This document shows, piece by piece, positions 29,306 to 40,157 of a DNA stretch of 56,469 nt. Position 1 is the first letter of the stretch. Each line of letters starts with the position of its first letter. This DNA is from Arenicellales bacterium. Lineage in GTDB: Bacteria; Pseudomonadota; Gammaproteobacteria; BMS3Bbin11. A program made the position numbers and the translations under genes. The stretch is taken from positions 1-56,469 of the forward strand of contig JARFQI010000023.1 in the NCBI GenBank assembly GCA_029287855.1, written 5' to 3'. The notes beneath the pieces are model-generated. The model searched no databases. It was given only the letters and a program-made list of their open reading frames with translations, and was not told the DNA's origin.

Positions 29306-30276
29306 CTCATCAGAGAAAACTACTGGGAATATTAGTCTTGCTCGTCCCGGTTAGCTCGATCCTGGCGCTTGCTACGGGAAGTTCGGATATTGGTCTATAT
29401 GAGCTAGCCTCATTCCTGTCCGGTGACAGCGACTCTTTCACAAAAACAATTTTTACACTTCGTGCAGAAAGAGCTGTCGATGGATTTATCGTCGGCGCTC
29501 TGTTATCCATGGCAGGAGCACTTTTACAGGTGTTGTTACGCAACCCTCTCGCTGAGCCTTACATTCTTGGCATCTCCGGTGGTGCCGGTGTCACAACACT
29601 GAGCGCCCTGTTGCTGGGACTCTCAGCCAGCTGGACACCACTGACATCATTTGCGGGGGCATTAGCATCAACTCTTCTTGTCTTCAGTCTTTCTTACTCA
29701 AATGGCAACTGGACCACTGAACGTCTGTTGCTGACCGGGGTAGTTGTCGCTGCCGGCTGGAGTGCAGCGATCAGCTTTCTGCTGACAATTTCAAGTCAGC
29801 AACAAATGCAGGGAATGTTATTCTGGCTGATGGGGGACCTCTCGCAGTCCAGTCACACCACTACAGGGCTCGTTATATTACTGCTAACATTCGTTGTCAG
29901 CTGGGCAATAGCAAGGCCGCTAAATTTATTGCTGCGTGGACAGCAGCAGGCTGCTGCTCTTGGTGAGAATATCCAGTTACTGCGGGTGATTATTTTTATT
30001 CTTGCTGCAGCAATGACAGCTACTTCAGTCAGCATGGCTGGCAGCATCGGTTTTGTTGGGCTGATAATTCCCCACTCACTTCGCCTGATCGGACTGCGAG
30101 ATTATCGATACCTGTTACCAGCTGCCGTTCTCAGCGGCGGTAGCTTTCTGATACTTGCAGATGCGCTGGCTCGTACTTTACTGGCACCACAACAAATCCC
30201 GGTGGGTGTCATTACTGCGATGCTGGGTGTCCCGGTGTTTTTATTATTGTTACAAAAACAGTATAAAAGCAGATGA
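29302..30276 (+). CDS. FecCD/BtuC-family ABC transporter permease (no cognate ATPase or binding protein adjacent)
   Basis: 324 aa and about 9-10 TM segments. FecCD signatures are present: GALLSMAGALLQVLLRNPLAEPYILGISGGAG and IGFVGLIIPH..R. Its GTG start overlaps the HAD stop (GTGA). Confidence 0.85.
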   Translation: MTHQRKLLGILVLLVPVSSILALATGSSDIGLYELASFLSGDSDSFTKTIFTLRAERAVDGFIVGALLSMAGALLQVLLRNPLAEPYILGISGGAGVTTLSALLLGLSASWTPLTSFAGALASTLLVFSLSYSNGNWTTERLLLTGVVVAAGWSAAISFLLTISSQQQMQGMLFWLMGDLSQSSHTTTGLVILLLTFVVSWAIARPLNLLLRGQQQAAALGENIQLLRVIIFILAAAMTATSVSMAGSIGFVGLIIPHSLRLIGLRDYRYLLPAAVLSGGSFLILADALARTLLAPQQIPVGVITAMLGVPVFLLLLQKQYKSR

Positions 30277-30370
30277 CAGACTAAATATTTAGTTTTAGCA
30301 ATTAAGCTTAACGATTAACGTCAAATCTAACAGAAATATATACAACATTAACTATAACTGGAGAAACCGA

Positions 30371-30838
30371 ATGTCGGCACCTGAAATTAATCAGAAAATA
30401 CCTGATTGCGAAGTAAAGGCAACCTCTGATCGATCTTTTAAACTCTCGGACTTACAGGGCAAAAAACTCGTCCTCTATTTTTACCCCAAAGACAGTACTC
30501 CCGGCTGCACAACCGAAGGACGAGACTTCAGCAGCGCATACAAAGAATTTCAAAAATCTAATTGTGAAATCCTTGGAGCTTCGAGGGATAGCCTGACGAA
30601 ACACGAGAACTTTAAGGAAAAACAGCAGTTCCCTTTTGATCTGATCTCAGATCCTGATGAAGCACTGTGTAAACTGTTCGATGTCATCCATGAAAAGAAT
30701 CTCTATGGCAAGAAACACATGGGTATTGTACGGAGTACCTTTGTTATTGATGAGAAAGGTATCCTGCGACAGGAATATCGCAAGGTGAAGGTTAAAGGTC
30801 ATGTAGAGGAAGTGCTGGAGTGTGTAAAAAGCCTCTAA
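30371..30838 (+). CDS. bcp: Peroxiredoxin Bcp (thiol peroxidase)
   Basis: It has the FYPKDSTPGCTTE active-site motif and is 155 aa. Confidence 0.92.
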   Translation: MSAPEINQKIPDCEVKATSDRSFKLSDLQGKKLVLYFYPKDSTPGCTTEGRDFSSAYKEFQKSNCEILGASRDSLTKHENFKEKQQFPFDLISDPDEALCKLFDVIHEKNLYGKKHMGIVRSTFVIDEKGILRQEYRKVKVKGHVEEVLECVKSL

Positions 30839-30898
30839 ACACAATAATAATTCTCAAGTTAAACCAGAGTTTCTTGAGACTTGAGACTCAAATTTAGT

Positions 30899-30931
30899 CA
30901 AAAAAACGGGTGTGGGAATATCCCACACCCG
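30899..30931 (-). terminator. Rho-independent terminator after fba
   Basis: Hairpin cgggtgtggga-ata-tcccacacccg, with a U-tract (plus-strand aaaaaaa) after it on the minus strand. Confidence 0.8.
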
Positions 30932-30958
30932 CTAGATGCAATAGCTAAAAATATAATA

Positions 30959-31996
30959 TTAGCTATAGAATGAAACCATGTCTTCCAGACGTTTCGCTTT
31001 AATCTTGCTGGCATGTCCAGCACAGCCGAATGCTTCGTAACGTGCTTTACAGATTTCCATCATTGCATCAGTAGATGCCTTGAGGAATTTACGTGGATCA
31101 AAGTTCGATGGGTTTTCGCTAAGGAATTTACGTATCGCACCGGTAGAAGCCATACGCAGATCGGTATCAATATTAACCTTTGCAACACCGTGTTTGATGC
31201 CTTCCTGAATTTCTTCAACAGGAACACCATAAGTCTGGCCCATATCGCCACCGTAGGTATTAATGATTTCCAGCCAGTCCTGTGGCACTGATGAAGAACC
31301 GTGCATTACCAGGTGAGTATTTGGCAGTGCTTCATGAATTTCCCTGATGCGATCAATACGCAGAATATCTCCAGTAGGCTCTTTGGTGAATTTATACGCA
31401 CCATGTGAAGTACCAATAGCAATAGCCAGTGCATCTACGCCCGTCGCGTCAACAAAAGCTACAGCTTCATCAACGTCGGTCAGCAACATATCCATATCCA
31501 GCTTGCCTTCCGCACCATGGCCGTCTTCTTCACCCATCTCACCGGTTTCCAGTGAGCCCAGGCAACCCAGTTCACCTTCAACAGAAACACCGCCCGCATG
31601 TGCCATATCGACTACTTTCTTCGTCACATCAACGTTGTATTCAAAAGAGGCCGGGGTCTTCATGTCAGACATCAGCGATCCATCCATCATTACTGATGAA
31701 AAACCTGACTGAATAGAACGCAGACAAACTGCCGGTTCAGAACCATGATCCTGATGCATAACGACAGGAATATCCGGGTACTGCTCAATTGCTGCAGAAA
31801 TCATGTGTCTCAGGAATGACTCACCTGCATATGAACGTGCACCCGCTGATCCCTGCATGATGACCGGGGAATCAACAGCTTTGGCCGCTTCCATTATGGC
31901 GTGAACCTGTTCCATATTATTTACGTTAAAGGCAGGCATGCCAAAATCATTTTCTGCTGCATAATCCAGCAACTGTCGCATTGAAATAAGAGCCAT
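30959..31996 (-). CDS. fba: Class II fructose-bisphosphate aldolase (Calvin-cycle / Pseudomonas Fba subtype)
   Basis: It has [35 protein letters not shown] and GTSHGAYKF motifs and is 345 aa. Confidence 0.93.
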   Translation of the reverse strand: MALISMRQLLDYAAENDFGMPAFNVNNMEQVHAIMEAAKAVDSPVIMQGSAGARSYAGESFLRHMISAAIEQYPDIPVVMHQDHGSEPAVCLRSIQSGFSSVMMDGSLMSDMKTPASFEYNVDVTKKVVDMAHAGGVSVEGELGCLGSLETGEMGEEDGHGAEGKLDMDMLLTDVDEAVAFVDATGVDALAIAIGTSHGAYKFTKEPTGDILRIDRIREIHEALPNTHLVMHGSSSVPQDWLEIINTYGGDMGQTYGVPVEEIQEGIKHGVAKVNIDTDLRMASTGAIRKFLSENPSNFDPRKFLKASTDAMMEICKARYEAFGCAGHASKIKAKRLEDMVSFYS

Positions 31997-32089
31997 GTGT
32001 ATCTCCTTTTTAGTGTCTAAAATCTATTAAGTTTCAAATATTTTTCATCATACCGGTTATAGAGCACCGGAATATTTCACCAGTTTTAC

Positions 32090-33532
32090 CTAGGGTTCAA
32101 CTTCCCCAACATGCAGAATCTTCATCACATTCGTTCCGCCCTGTTTACCAACCAGATCACCTTTCGAAATAATGATGAGGTCGTCATCCTCAATTGCACC
32201 GCGCTTCTTGAGTATTTCCTGGACCTCGGCATTCACCACTGAATGAACTGTACTGGTGGTCTCATACTTTAATGGCTCAACACCGCGATACATGGATGCC
32301 TGGCGTAATGTTCTGTCCTGGCTGGACATTGCATAAATCGGCAGCCCGGAACTGATGCGTGACATCCACAACGCTGTCGCACCAGATTCTGTCATCGCGA
32401 TAATTGCCCGGACGTTAAGCCGATTCGCAGTATACATACAGGCCTTGGCAATTGCTTCGTCTACACGCTCGAAACTGCTATCGTTGCGTGATTCATTGAC
32501 GATTGTACTACGATGTTTCTCGGCACCACGACAAATTCTATCCATTGCTTCAATGGTTTTGATCGGGTACCTGCCAACAGCTGTTTCAGCTGACAGCATG
32601 ACGGCATCCGTACCATCAAGCACGGCATTTGCGACATCAGTCACTTCTGCCCGCGTTGGCATCTGCTTGTTAATCATAGACTCAAGCATTTGCGTTGCTG
32701 TTATCACTACACGATCCATATTGCGTGCCTGGGAAATAATCATTTTCTGTACTGCCGTGATTTCAGCATCACCGATCTCGACACCAAGATCGCCTCGAGC
32801 AACCATCAGTACATCAGATGCGAGTGTTATCTCTTCGATTTCATCAATCGCTTCTGCTCTTTCTATCTTTGATACAATCCATGCATCACTACCCGCTTCG
32901 AGCAGAAGGCGGCGTGCTTCGTGAACGTCGTCCGCATTACGAACAAACGAAACAGCCAGGAAATCCGCCTCAATTTTAGCTGCCAGCTTGATATCCTTTT
33001 TATCTTTTTCGGTCAATGCTCCCGCTGACAGGCCGCCACCCTGGCGATTCACACCTTTGTTATTGCTAAGCTTGCCGCCGATTTCGACTACGCAGTTAAT
33101 TTTGCTTCCAACTACTTCTACCACTTTCAGCGCAATCAAACCATCATCCAGCAGCAAAACATCCCCTGCACTGACATCGCTTGCCAGTGCCTTGTAGGTC
33201 AGGCCTACTGCGTTTTCATCGCCATCATTTTCACCGAGTTCCGCGTCAAGCGTAAAGGACTTGCCCTTTTTCAGTTTAATAAAGTCATCCTGAAAGCGCT
33301 GGATACGTATTTTTGGGCCCTGCAAGTCAGCCAGGATACCGATATGACGGCCGACTTTTTCCGAAACTTCGCGGATATTCCTTGCTCGCTCTATATGCGC
33401 CTCGGGAGTTCCATGCGAGAAGTTGACGCGGACAACGTCCACCCCGGCGAGAAAAATTTTTTCCAGCATTTCCGGGCTTTCTGTTGCAGGTCCAATGGTG
33501 GCTACTATTTTCGTACGCCTTGGTATTGTCAT
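32090..33532 (-). CDS. pyk: Pyruvate kinase
   Basis: It has RRTKIVATIGPA, VRVNFSHG, MVARGDLGVEI and ATQMLESM motifs and is 480 aa. Confidence 0.95.
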   Translation of the reverse strand: MTIPRRTKIVATIGPATESPEMLEKIFLAGVDVVRVNFSHGTPEAHIERARNIREVSEKVGRHIGILADLQGPKIRIQRFQDDFIKLKKGKSFTLDAELGENDGDENAVGLTYKALASDVSAGDVLLLDDGLIALKVVEVVGSKINCVVEIGGKLSNNKGVNRQGGGLSAGALTEKDKKDIKLAAKIEADFLAVSFVRNADDVHEARRLLLEAGSDAWIVSKIERAEAIDEIEEITLASDVLMVARGDLGVEIGDAEITAVQKMIISQARNMDRVVITATQMLESMINKQMPTRAEVTDVANAVLDGTDAVMLSAETAVGRYPIKTIEAMDRICRGAEKHRSTIVNESRNDSSFERVDEAIAKACMYTANRLNVRAIIAMTESGATALWMSRISSGLPIYAMSSQDRTLRQASMYRGVEPLKYETTSTVHSVVNAEVQEILKKRGAIEDDDLIIISKGDLVGKQGGTNVMKILHVGEVEP

Positions 33533-33638
33533 CTATTTAACGATTCCAGTATTACGTCTATGATTTTATCAGTCTATCTGACACACAAAATTTGATTAAA
33601 CTTAACTTTGTGCATCAAGGTCACATTCGTGATGGTGC

Positions 33639-34811
33639 TTACTTATTTTCCAGCATAGTCACCGCTGGCAGTTGCTTGCCTTCAAGAAATTCAAGAAAAG
33701 CACCGCCACCTGTAGAGATATAGGACACTTTGTCAGCAATGTTATATTTATCAACAGCTGCAAGGGTATCTCCTCCACCAGCGATTGAGAAAGCATCTGA
33801 TTCAGCAATTGCCAAACCCAATATCCTGGTGCCTTCACCGAACTGATCAAATTCAAATACGCCAACCGGACCGTTCCACACGATAGTGCCTGCCTCTTTC
33901 ATCATTTCAGCAAAGCGCGCAGCTGTTTCAGGACCTATATCGAAGATCATGTCATCATCGTCAACATCTTCAACTTTCTTAACTGTTGCTTCAGCACTTT
34001 CAGAGAATTCCTTGCCGACAACAACGTCTGTTGGAACAGGGATTTCACCACCTTTTGCCTTCGCAGCTTCCATTAGACGCTTTGCTTCAGGTATCAGGTC
34101 TACCTCATACAGTGATTTACCTACATTGTAGCCACAGGCAGCAATAAAAGTATTCGCAATACCACCACCAGGGATCAATTGATCAACGACACCTGATAGC
34201 GACTCAAGCACAGTCAATTTTGTTGATACTTTGGAACCGCCAACAATCGCAGCCATTGGCCGTGCCGGTTCATCAAGTGCTTTGCCGAGAGCTTCAAGCT
34301 CACCCGCCAGCAGCGGGCCAGCGCAGGCAACGGGAGCATACACACCAGCACCATAAGTAGAAGCCTGGGCACGATGTGCTGTACCAAATGCATCCATGAC
34401 ATAAATATCACACAGGGATGCATATTTTTTTGCCAGGTTATCATTATTATTCTTTTCACCAACATTGAAACGGCAGTTTTCCAGCAGCACTACATCGCCA
34501 TCTTCAAGTTCAGGGGAATTATCCAGGTAGTCCGTAATTAGACGCACTTCCTTACCCAGCAAGGTAGAAAGATGGTCTGCTACAGGCTGCATGGAGAACT
34601 CATCAGCAGGTTCACCTTCAGTAGGTCGGCCCAGATGTGACATCAACATGACGCGTGCGCCAGAATTTATACAATGTTCAATCGTAGGCAACGAGGCGCG
34701 GATTCGCTTATCAGAGCTAACCTTGCCATCTTTTATCGGCACATTCAGATCCTGGCGAATCAATAGGCGCTTTCCGGCCAGATCGAGATCAGTCATCCTG
34801 GTAACAGACAT
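33639..34811 (-). CDS. pgk: Phosphoglycerate kinase
   Basis: It has RQDLNVP, SHLGRP, FGTAHRA and [14 protein letters not shown] motifs and is 390 aa. Confidence 0.95.
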   Translation of the reverse strand: MSVTRMTDLDLAGKRLLIRQDLNVPIKDGKVSSDKRIRASLPTIEHCINSGARVMLMSHLGRPTEGEPADEFSMQPVADHLSTLLGKEVRLITDYLDNSPELEDGDVVLLENCRFNVGEKNNNDNLAKKYASLCDIYVMDAFGTAHRAQASTYGAGVYAPVACAGPLLAGELEALGKALDEPARPMAAIVGGSKVSTKLTVLESLSGVVDQLIPGGGIANTFIAACGYNVGKSLYEVDLIPEAKRLMEAAKAKGGEIPVPTDVVVGKEFSESAEATVKKVEDVDDDDMIFDIGPETAARFAEMMKEAGTIVWNGPVGVFEFDQFGEGTRILGLAIAESDAFSIAGGGDTLAAVDKYNIADKVSYISTGGGAFLEFLEGKQLPAVTMLENK

Positions 34812-34850
34812 AATAACTCCTTAAATTTAGGCTATACGATATTCTAAAAA

Positions 34851-34908
34851 TTGTTTGTTAAAGATTTATTAAATACAGTTCTAAGTTGAATAAATCTTTA
34901 ACAAACAA
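34851..34908. repeat. Perfect 20-bp inverted repeat (AT-rich stem, 18-nt loop) in the gap-pgk spacer
   Basis: ttgtttgttaaagatttatt (34851-34870) is the exact reverse complement of aataaatctttaacaaacaa (34889-34908). On the minus strand it is followed by ttttt and then the pgk AAGGAG SD. Confidence 0.85.
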
Positions 34909-34930
34909 TTCCTGCAGATATAAAGAATTT

Positions 34931-34954
34931 ACAGGGTGGGTGAACCCACCCTGT
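34931..34954 (-). terminator. GC-rich stem-loop (terminator or attenuator-like) downstream of gap
   Basis: acagggtggg-tgaa-cccaccctgt. It lies just 3' of the second in-frame stop at 34969, not the first. The U-tract on the minus strand is imperfect. Confidence 0.55.
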
Positions 34955-35007
34955 AAACAGACCAACTATCAGTTAGCAGAAACGTGCTCAACAAAACGCA
35001 GCATGTT

Positions 35008-36081
<1,074 letters not shown>

Positions 36082-36088
36082 TCATTTT

Positions 36089-38086
36089 CTATAGCAACGA
36101 CTCAACTGTGCTGACGACATTGTCGACAGTGAAGCCGAACTCTTTAAACAGATCTCCCGCCGGAGCAGATTCACCGAAGCTATCAATACCGACAACCTTG
36201 CCATCGAAACCTACGTATTTAAGCCAAAAATCAGTGACACCAGCCTCAACCGCAACGCGCGCCCTGACTGATGAAGGCAGCACGGACTCACGATAAGATT
36301 CATCCTGCATATCAAAAACGCTGGTGCACGGCATAGAAACGACACGGATATTCTTGCCGGAAAGCGCTTCAGCTGCTGCCGTTGCAAGGCTGACTTCTGA
36401 GCCTGTTGCAATGATAATTGCATCTGGCATACCTTCACAATCTCGCAGCACATAGCCACCTTTTTCGATATTCTTAATCTGCCCATCGGTACGCACCTGA
36501 TGCTCAAGGTTCTGGCGAGAGAAGATTAATGAAGAAGGGCCGGTTGTGTTGAGGACTGCTGCTTTCCAGGAAACTGCAGACTCAACCGCATCGCATGGGC
36601 GCCAGACTGTCATATTCGGCATCATGCGCAGTGTTGCAACCTGCTCGACAGGCTGATGAGTCGGTCCATCTTCACCCAGACCAATAGAGTCGTGAGTATA
36701 GACCTCGATATTCTGGATTTTCATCAAAGCTGCCATACGCAGGGCATTTCGCGCATATTCCGAAAACATCAGGAAGGTCGCGCCATAGGCGACAAAACCA
36801 CCATGCAATGAAATACCATTAATAATGGCTGTCATGGCAAATTCACGAACGCCATAGTTAACGTAATTCGCATCTGCGATATTGTGACGCATTGCAACAG
36901 ATTCGGCGACGAAGGTCAGGTTAGACCCTGCCAGGTCCGCAGATCCACCCATGAATTCAGGGGTGAAAGGAAAGAATCCTGCGATAGTATTCTGTGAAGC
37001 CTTGCGCGATGCGATGGTTTCCGCTTTTGCGTTGACCTCGGCAATGAACGCATCGGCCTTTTCTTCCCAGCCAGCTGCCAGTTTACCTGATGTACGTCGC
37101 TCAAATTCTGCGGCAAGCTCTGGATGGGCTGCCTTATAGGCAGCAAATTTTTCATTCCACGCTGCTTCGGCTGCCGCGCCTTTTTCTTTTGCACTCCAGC
37201 CTGCGTAAACATTATCAGGTATTTCGAACGGCTCATATTCCCAGCCCAGCGCCTTACGTGTTAATGCGATTTCTTCATCACCAAGCGGTGCGCCGTGACA
37301 GTCTTCCTTACCGCCCTTGTTTGGTGAACCAAAACCAATTGTCGTCTTGCAGCAGATCAATGATGGCTTATCGGTCTCAGCACGCGCCTCTTCGATAGCA
37401 GCCTTGATTGCATCGGCATCATGCCCGTCGACATCTTTTACGACATGCCAGCCATAGGCATCAAATCGTTGAGGCGTATTGTCAGTAAACCAGCCTTCGA
37501 CTTCACCGTCGATCGAGATATTGTTGTCATCATAAAAGGCAATCAGCTTGTCCAGGCCAAGTGTACCGGCGAGTGAACAGGCTTCATGAGAAATACCTTC
37601 CATCAGGCAGCCATCACCGAGGAAGACATACGTATTATGATCAACAATCTCGTGTCCATCGCGATTAAAATGAGCTGCAAGCGCCTTCTCAGCTATTGCC
37701 ATGCCTACGCCATTGGTGATTCCCTGTCCAAGTGGTCCTGTGGTTGTTTCTATTCCTGGGGCATAACCGTATTCAGGATGACCAGGTGTCTTTGAATGCA
37801 GCTGGCGGAACGACTTGAGGTCATCAATGCTCAGGTCGTAGCCGGTCAGGTGCAGAACAGAGTATGGCAACATTGAGCCATGTCCGTTTGACATAATGAA
37901 ACGATCGCGGTCAACCCAGTCCGGGTTCCCCGGGTTGTGGTTCATATAATCGTTATAAAGAACCTCGGCGATATCTGCCATGCCCATTGGGGCACCCGGA
38001 TGGCCAGAGTTTGCTTTCTGCACGGCATCCATGGCCAGGGCACGTATGCCATTAGCCAGTTTGCGTCGATCGGTAGTTGCTGACAT
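36089..38086 (-). CDS. tkt: Transketolase
   Basis: It has [24 protein letters not shown] and [11 protein letters not shown] motifs and is 665 aa. Confidence 0.95.
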   Translation of the reverse strand: MSATTDRRKLANGIRALAMDAVQKANSGHPGAPMGMADIAEVLYNDYMNHNPGNPDWVDRDRFIMSNGHGSMLPYSVLHLTGYDLSIDDLKSFRQLHSKTPGHPEYGYAPGIETTTGPLGQGITNGVGMAIAEKALAAHFNRDGHEIVDHNTYVFLGDGCLMEGISHEACSLAGTLGLDKLIAFYDDNNISIDGEVEGWFTDNTPQRFDAYGWHVVKDVDGHDADAIKAAIEEARAETDKPSLICCKTTIGFGSPNKGGKEDCHGAPLGDEEIALTRKALGWEYEPFEIPDNVYAGWSAKEKGAAAEAAWNEKFAAYKAAHPELAAEFERRTSGKLAAGWEEKADAFIAEVNAKAETIASRKASQNTIAGFFPFTPEFMGGSADLAGSNLTFVAESVAMRHNIADANYVNYGVREFAMTAIINGISLHGGFVAYGATFLMFSEYARNALRMAALMKIQNIEVYTHDSIGLGEDGPTHQPVEQVATLRMMPNMTVWRPCDAVESAVSWKAAVLNTTGPSSLIFSRQNLEHQVRTDGQIKNIEKGGYVLRDCEGMPDAIIIATGSEVSLATAAAEALSGKNIRVVSMPCTSVFDMQDESYRESVLPSSVRARVAVEAGVTDFWLKYVGFDGKVVGIDSFGESAPAGDLFKEFGFTVDNVVSTVESLL

Positions 38087-38576
38087 GGGACTTCCTCATG
38101 GTAATTGTTGATTCTTGCAAGTTGCGCCCGTTACAAGTTGCTCTATTTATTCTGCTACCTTGTATGAGTGAATACTGAGTGGCGCGTAAACCGACTATTT
38201 TCCCCTACTTCGATGTCTACGGCAATAGTGATCCAGTGTCTTCTATAGTGCTATCAATTCTGACGTAGCTGAAACGATAAATTAATAGAATCCCAACCTT
38301 ATAGATCAGGAATTAAGCTATTGTGTAACAGGAAATTCGGCACTTTGTTGTACAAATGAAACAAAGGAACTTATTTTCATGCTTAAATAATAACGATAAT
38401 TCTAGCTTAATCGCACATGTTGCTTATCCACAACAGCTTGATTTACAGACAACAGATTTCTGCTGAAATGCTTGTTTCTGCTGATAAATGGTCTATATTT
38501 ATAGACAAATAAGAACTGTTCATAACAAATGAACATAGCCTGCATAAAATAATTCTATTTTGGATAAGGGTGGAGA

Positions 38577-39419
38577 ATGCAAACATCAACGTCAGCAATT
38601 ACAGCAAAGAAAGTCTCAATAACTGGAATTCTCCTGTTAATATTTTCGCTAATTTTAGCTCTGTTGCCAAAAACAGCATTGTCACAGGAGCCATTGCGGC
38701 TGGTCATACAACCAATCCAGTCCGAACAGAAAACCCGCGAAATCTTTCAACCCTTGGCTGATTACATGCAGCATATCACTGAGCAACCGGTAACATTAGT
38801 CACCTATCCGAACTATATCTCCTACTGGTCGGAAACACAAAAACCGAACAGCTATGACATTGCATTCGATGCTGCGCACTTTATTGACTATCGAGACAAG
38901 AACATGGACTTCACGGTACTTGCCAAGCAACCGGGTATCATCAGTATTTCGTTAATTGTTCCAGAAGATGACCTGGTCTTCGACCCGGAAGAACTCATCG
39001 GTAAAAAAATAGCGACCCCAGGCCCTCCAAGTATAGCTGCTGTCAGAATTGATGAACTGTTCGAAAATCCTGTACGCCTACCCACCATCATCGAAGGAAC
39101 TGATTCAGGCCACATTATGTCCTTGCTATTAGCAGGTGAAGTTGATGCTGCAATGCTCCCTACACCACTGGTAAGCGCTCAGATGGCTGGAGATGGTGGC
39201 ATTTCATTGGTATTAACGACTGATTCGACACCGGGCATGGCGATTTCTGTATCACCCAATGTCTCCGCTGAAATACGAGAAAAGCTTGCTAAGGGCCTTA
39301 TCGAAGCAGAAAAAACCCCTGAAGGGAAAAAAATGCTTGATGGAACGAAGCTGAACCCTTTTGAAAAAACCAGTAACCAGGAATATTTTGGCTTTAGCGA
39401 ACTACTTGGGGAGATTTGA
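38577..39419 (+). CDS. PhnD/SsuA-like periplasmic substrate-binding protein (orphan), paralogue 2
   Basis: A signal peptide is followed by LVIQPIQSEQKTREIFQPLADYMQHITE... It is collinear along its whole length with the ORF at 19320..20159. A GGTGGAG SD lies upstream. Confidence 0.7.
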   Translation: MQTSTSAITAKKVSITGILLLIFSLILALLPKTALSQEPLRLVIQPIQSEQKTREIFQPLADYMQHITEQPVTLVTYPNYISYWSETQKPNSYDIAFDAAHFIDYRDKNMDFTVLAKQPGIISISLIVPEDDLVFDPEELIGKKIATPGPPSIAAVRIDELFENPVRLPTIIEGTDSGHIMSLLLAGEVDAAMLPTPLVSAQMAGDGGISLVLTTDSTPGMAISVSPNVSAEIREKLAKGLIEAEKTPEGKKMLDGTKLNPFEKTSNQEYFGFSELLGEI

Positions 39420-39680
39420 CCATAATGCTGGTTGCAGTAAGCATATCTTTCATTTGATATTTGTATTTGATTACCTTGCTGGATAGAAAGTAGTCATTGC
39501 TGCACAAGACTTCATATTAAGTCGGCATTTTGTCTTTGAGTGTCGTTCGGTTTGCAATCGCTCCGATGCTGCTTTATATAAAAGCCTGGAGGAAAACATG
39601 CCAGGTGTGATACTGATTAAGCTTGCTCAACCATCTCAATCAGAAAAAAATGAGTTACCTGTTACTTTAAAGAATCAGTC

Positions 39681-40130
39681 TTAACCTTGCTGAGAAATTT
39701 CCTTCAAGTCAGGGATCAGTGCTAATTCACCATCATAGAGAAAACTTGCACTGATAAAATCATTGTCATCCAGTCCTTCTTCGTTTGCCTTAATATCATC
39801 ACTTGATAATAATCTTGGGCGTGGATCATACATAGTTGCTATCGCAAAAAACTTATTTTTCTCTGACCCTTTCCAAGGGTAAAAAACCAGTGCCTTACTG
39901 CGCTTACCAAATTCTGGGATACTGAGACCAGCCATCCCTTCCATTGAATAGACAGGAACCTCTACACCTCGCCACGTCATAATTCCAAGTCGACTACCTT
40001 CATCTGCCGTATCGCTTAATGAAAGTGGTACAATTTCTGCTACAGCTGCACTGGGTATCACCAGGAAACCCGGGTCTGACGGGACTATCAAACAACGTAC
40101 AGGCTGCATCGTATCATTATCATCTACCAT
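39681..40130 (-). CDS. chpC: CheW-like coupling protein (ChpC position of the Pil-Chp cluster)
   Basis: 149 aa with a CheW-like fold pattern (LVIPSAAVAEIV...WRGVEVPVYSME). It lies immediately downstream of chpA. Confidence 0.65.
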   Translation of the reverse strand: MVDDNDTMQPVRCLIVPSDPGFLVIPSAAVAEIVPLSLSDTADEGSRLGIMTWRGVEVPVYSMEGMAGLSIPEFGKRSKALVFYPWKGSEKNKFFAIATMYDPRPRLLSSDDIKANEEGLDDNDFISASFLYDGELALIPDLKEISQQG

Positions 40131-40157
40131 TTGCTTATTTCCCCCTGCACTTCTTGA

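Noticed and set aside
38087-38576. A long AT-rich 490-bp intergenic region, checked for hidden genes, tRNA or structured RNA
   Set aside because: I found only short palindromes and direct repeats consistent with promoter or operator elements for divergent tkt and the PhnD-like gene. There is no tRNA-like T-arm, no convincing ORF with an SD (a 36-codon MKQRNLFSC... frame lacks an SD), and no extended conserved-looking structure.
39598-39684. 28-codon ORF with a GGAGGA motif 4 nt upstream, in the convergent spacer between the PhnD-like gene and chpC
   Set aside because: The SD spacing is short. The peptide has no signal, TM or toxin-like features. Its end overlaps the chpC stop. Without conservation or expression data it is not reportable as a gene.
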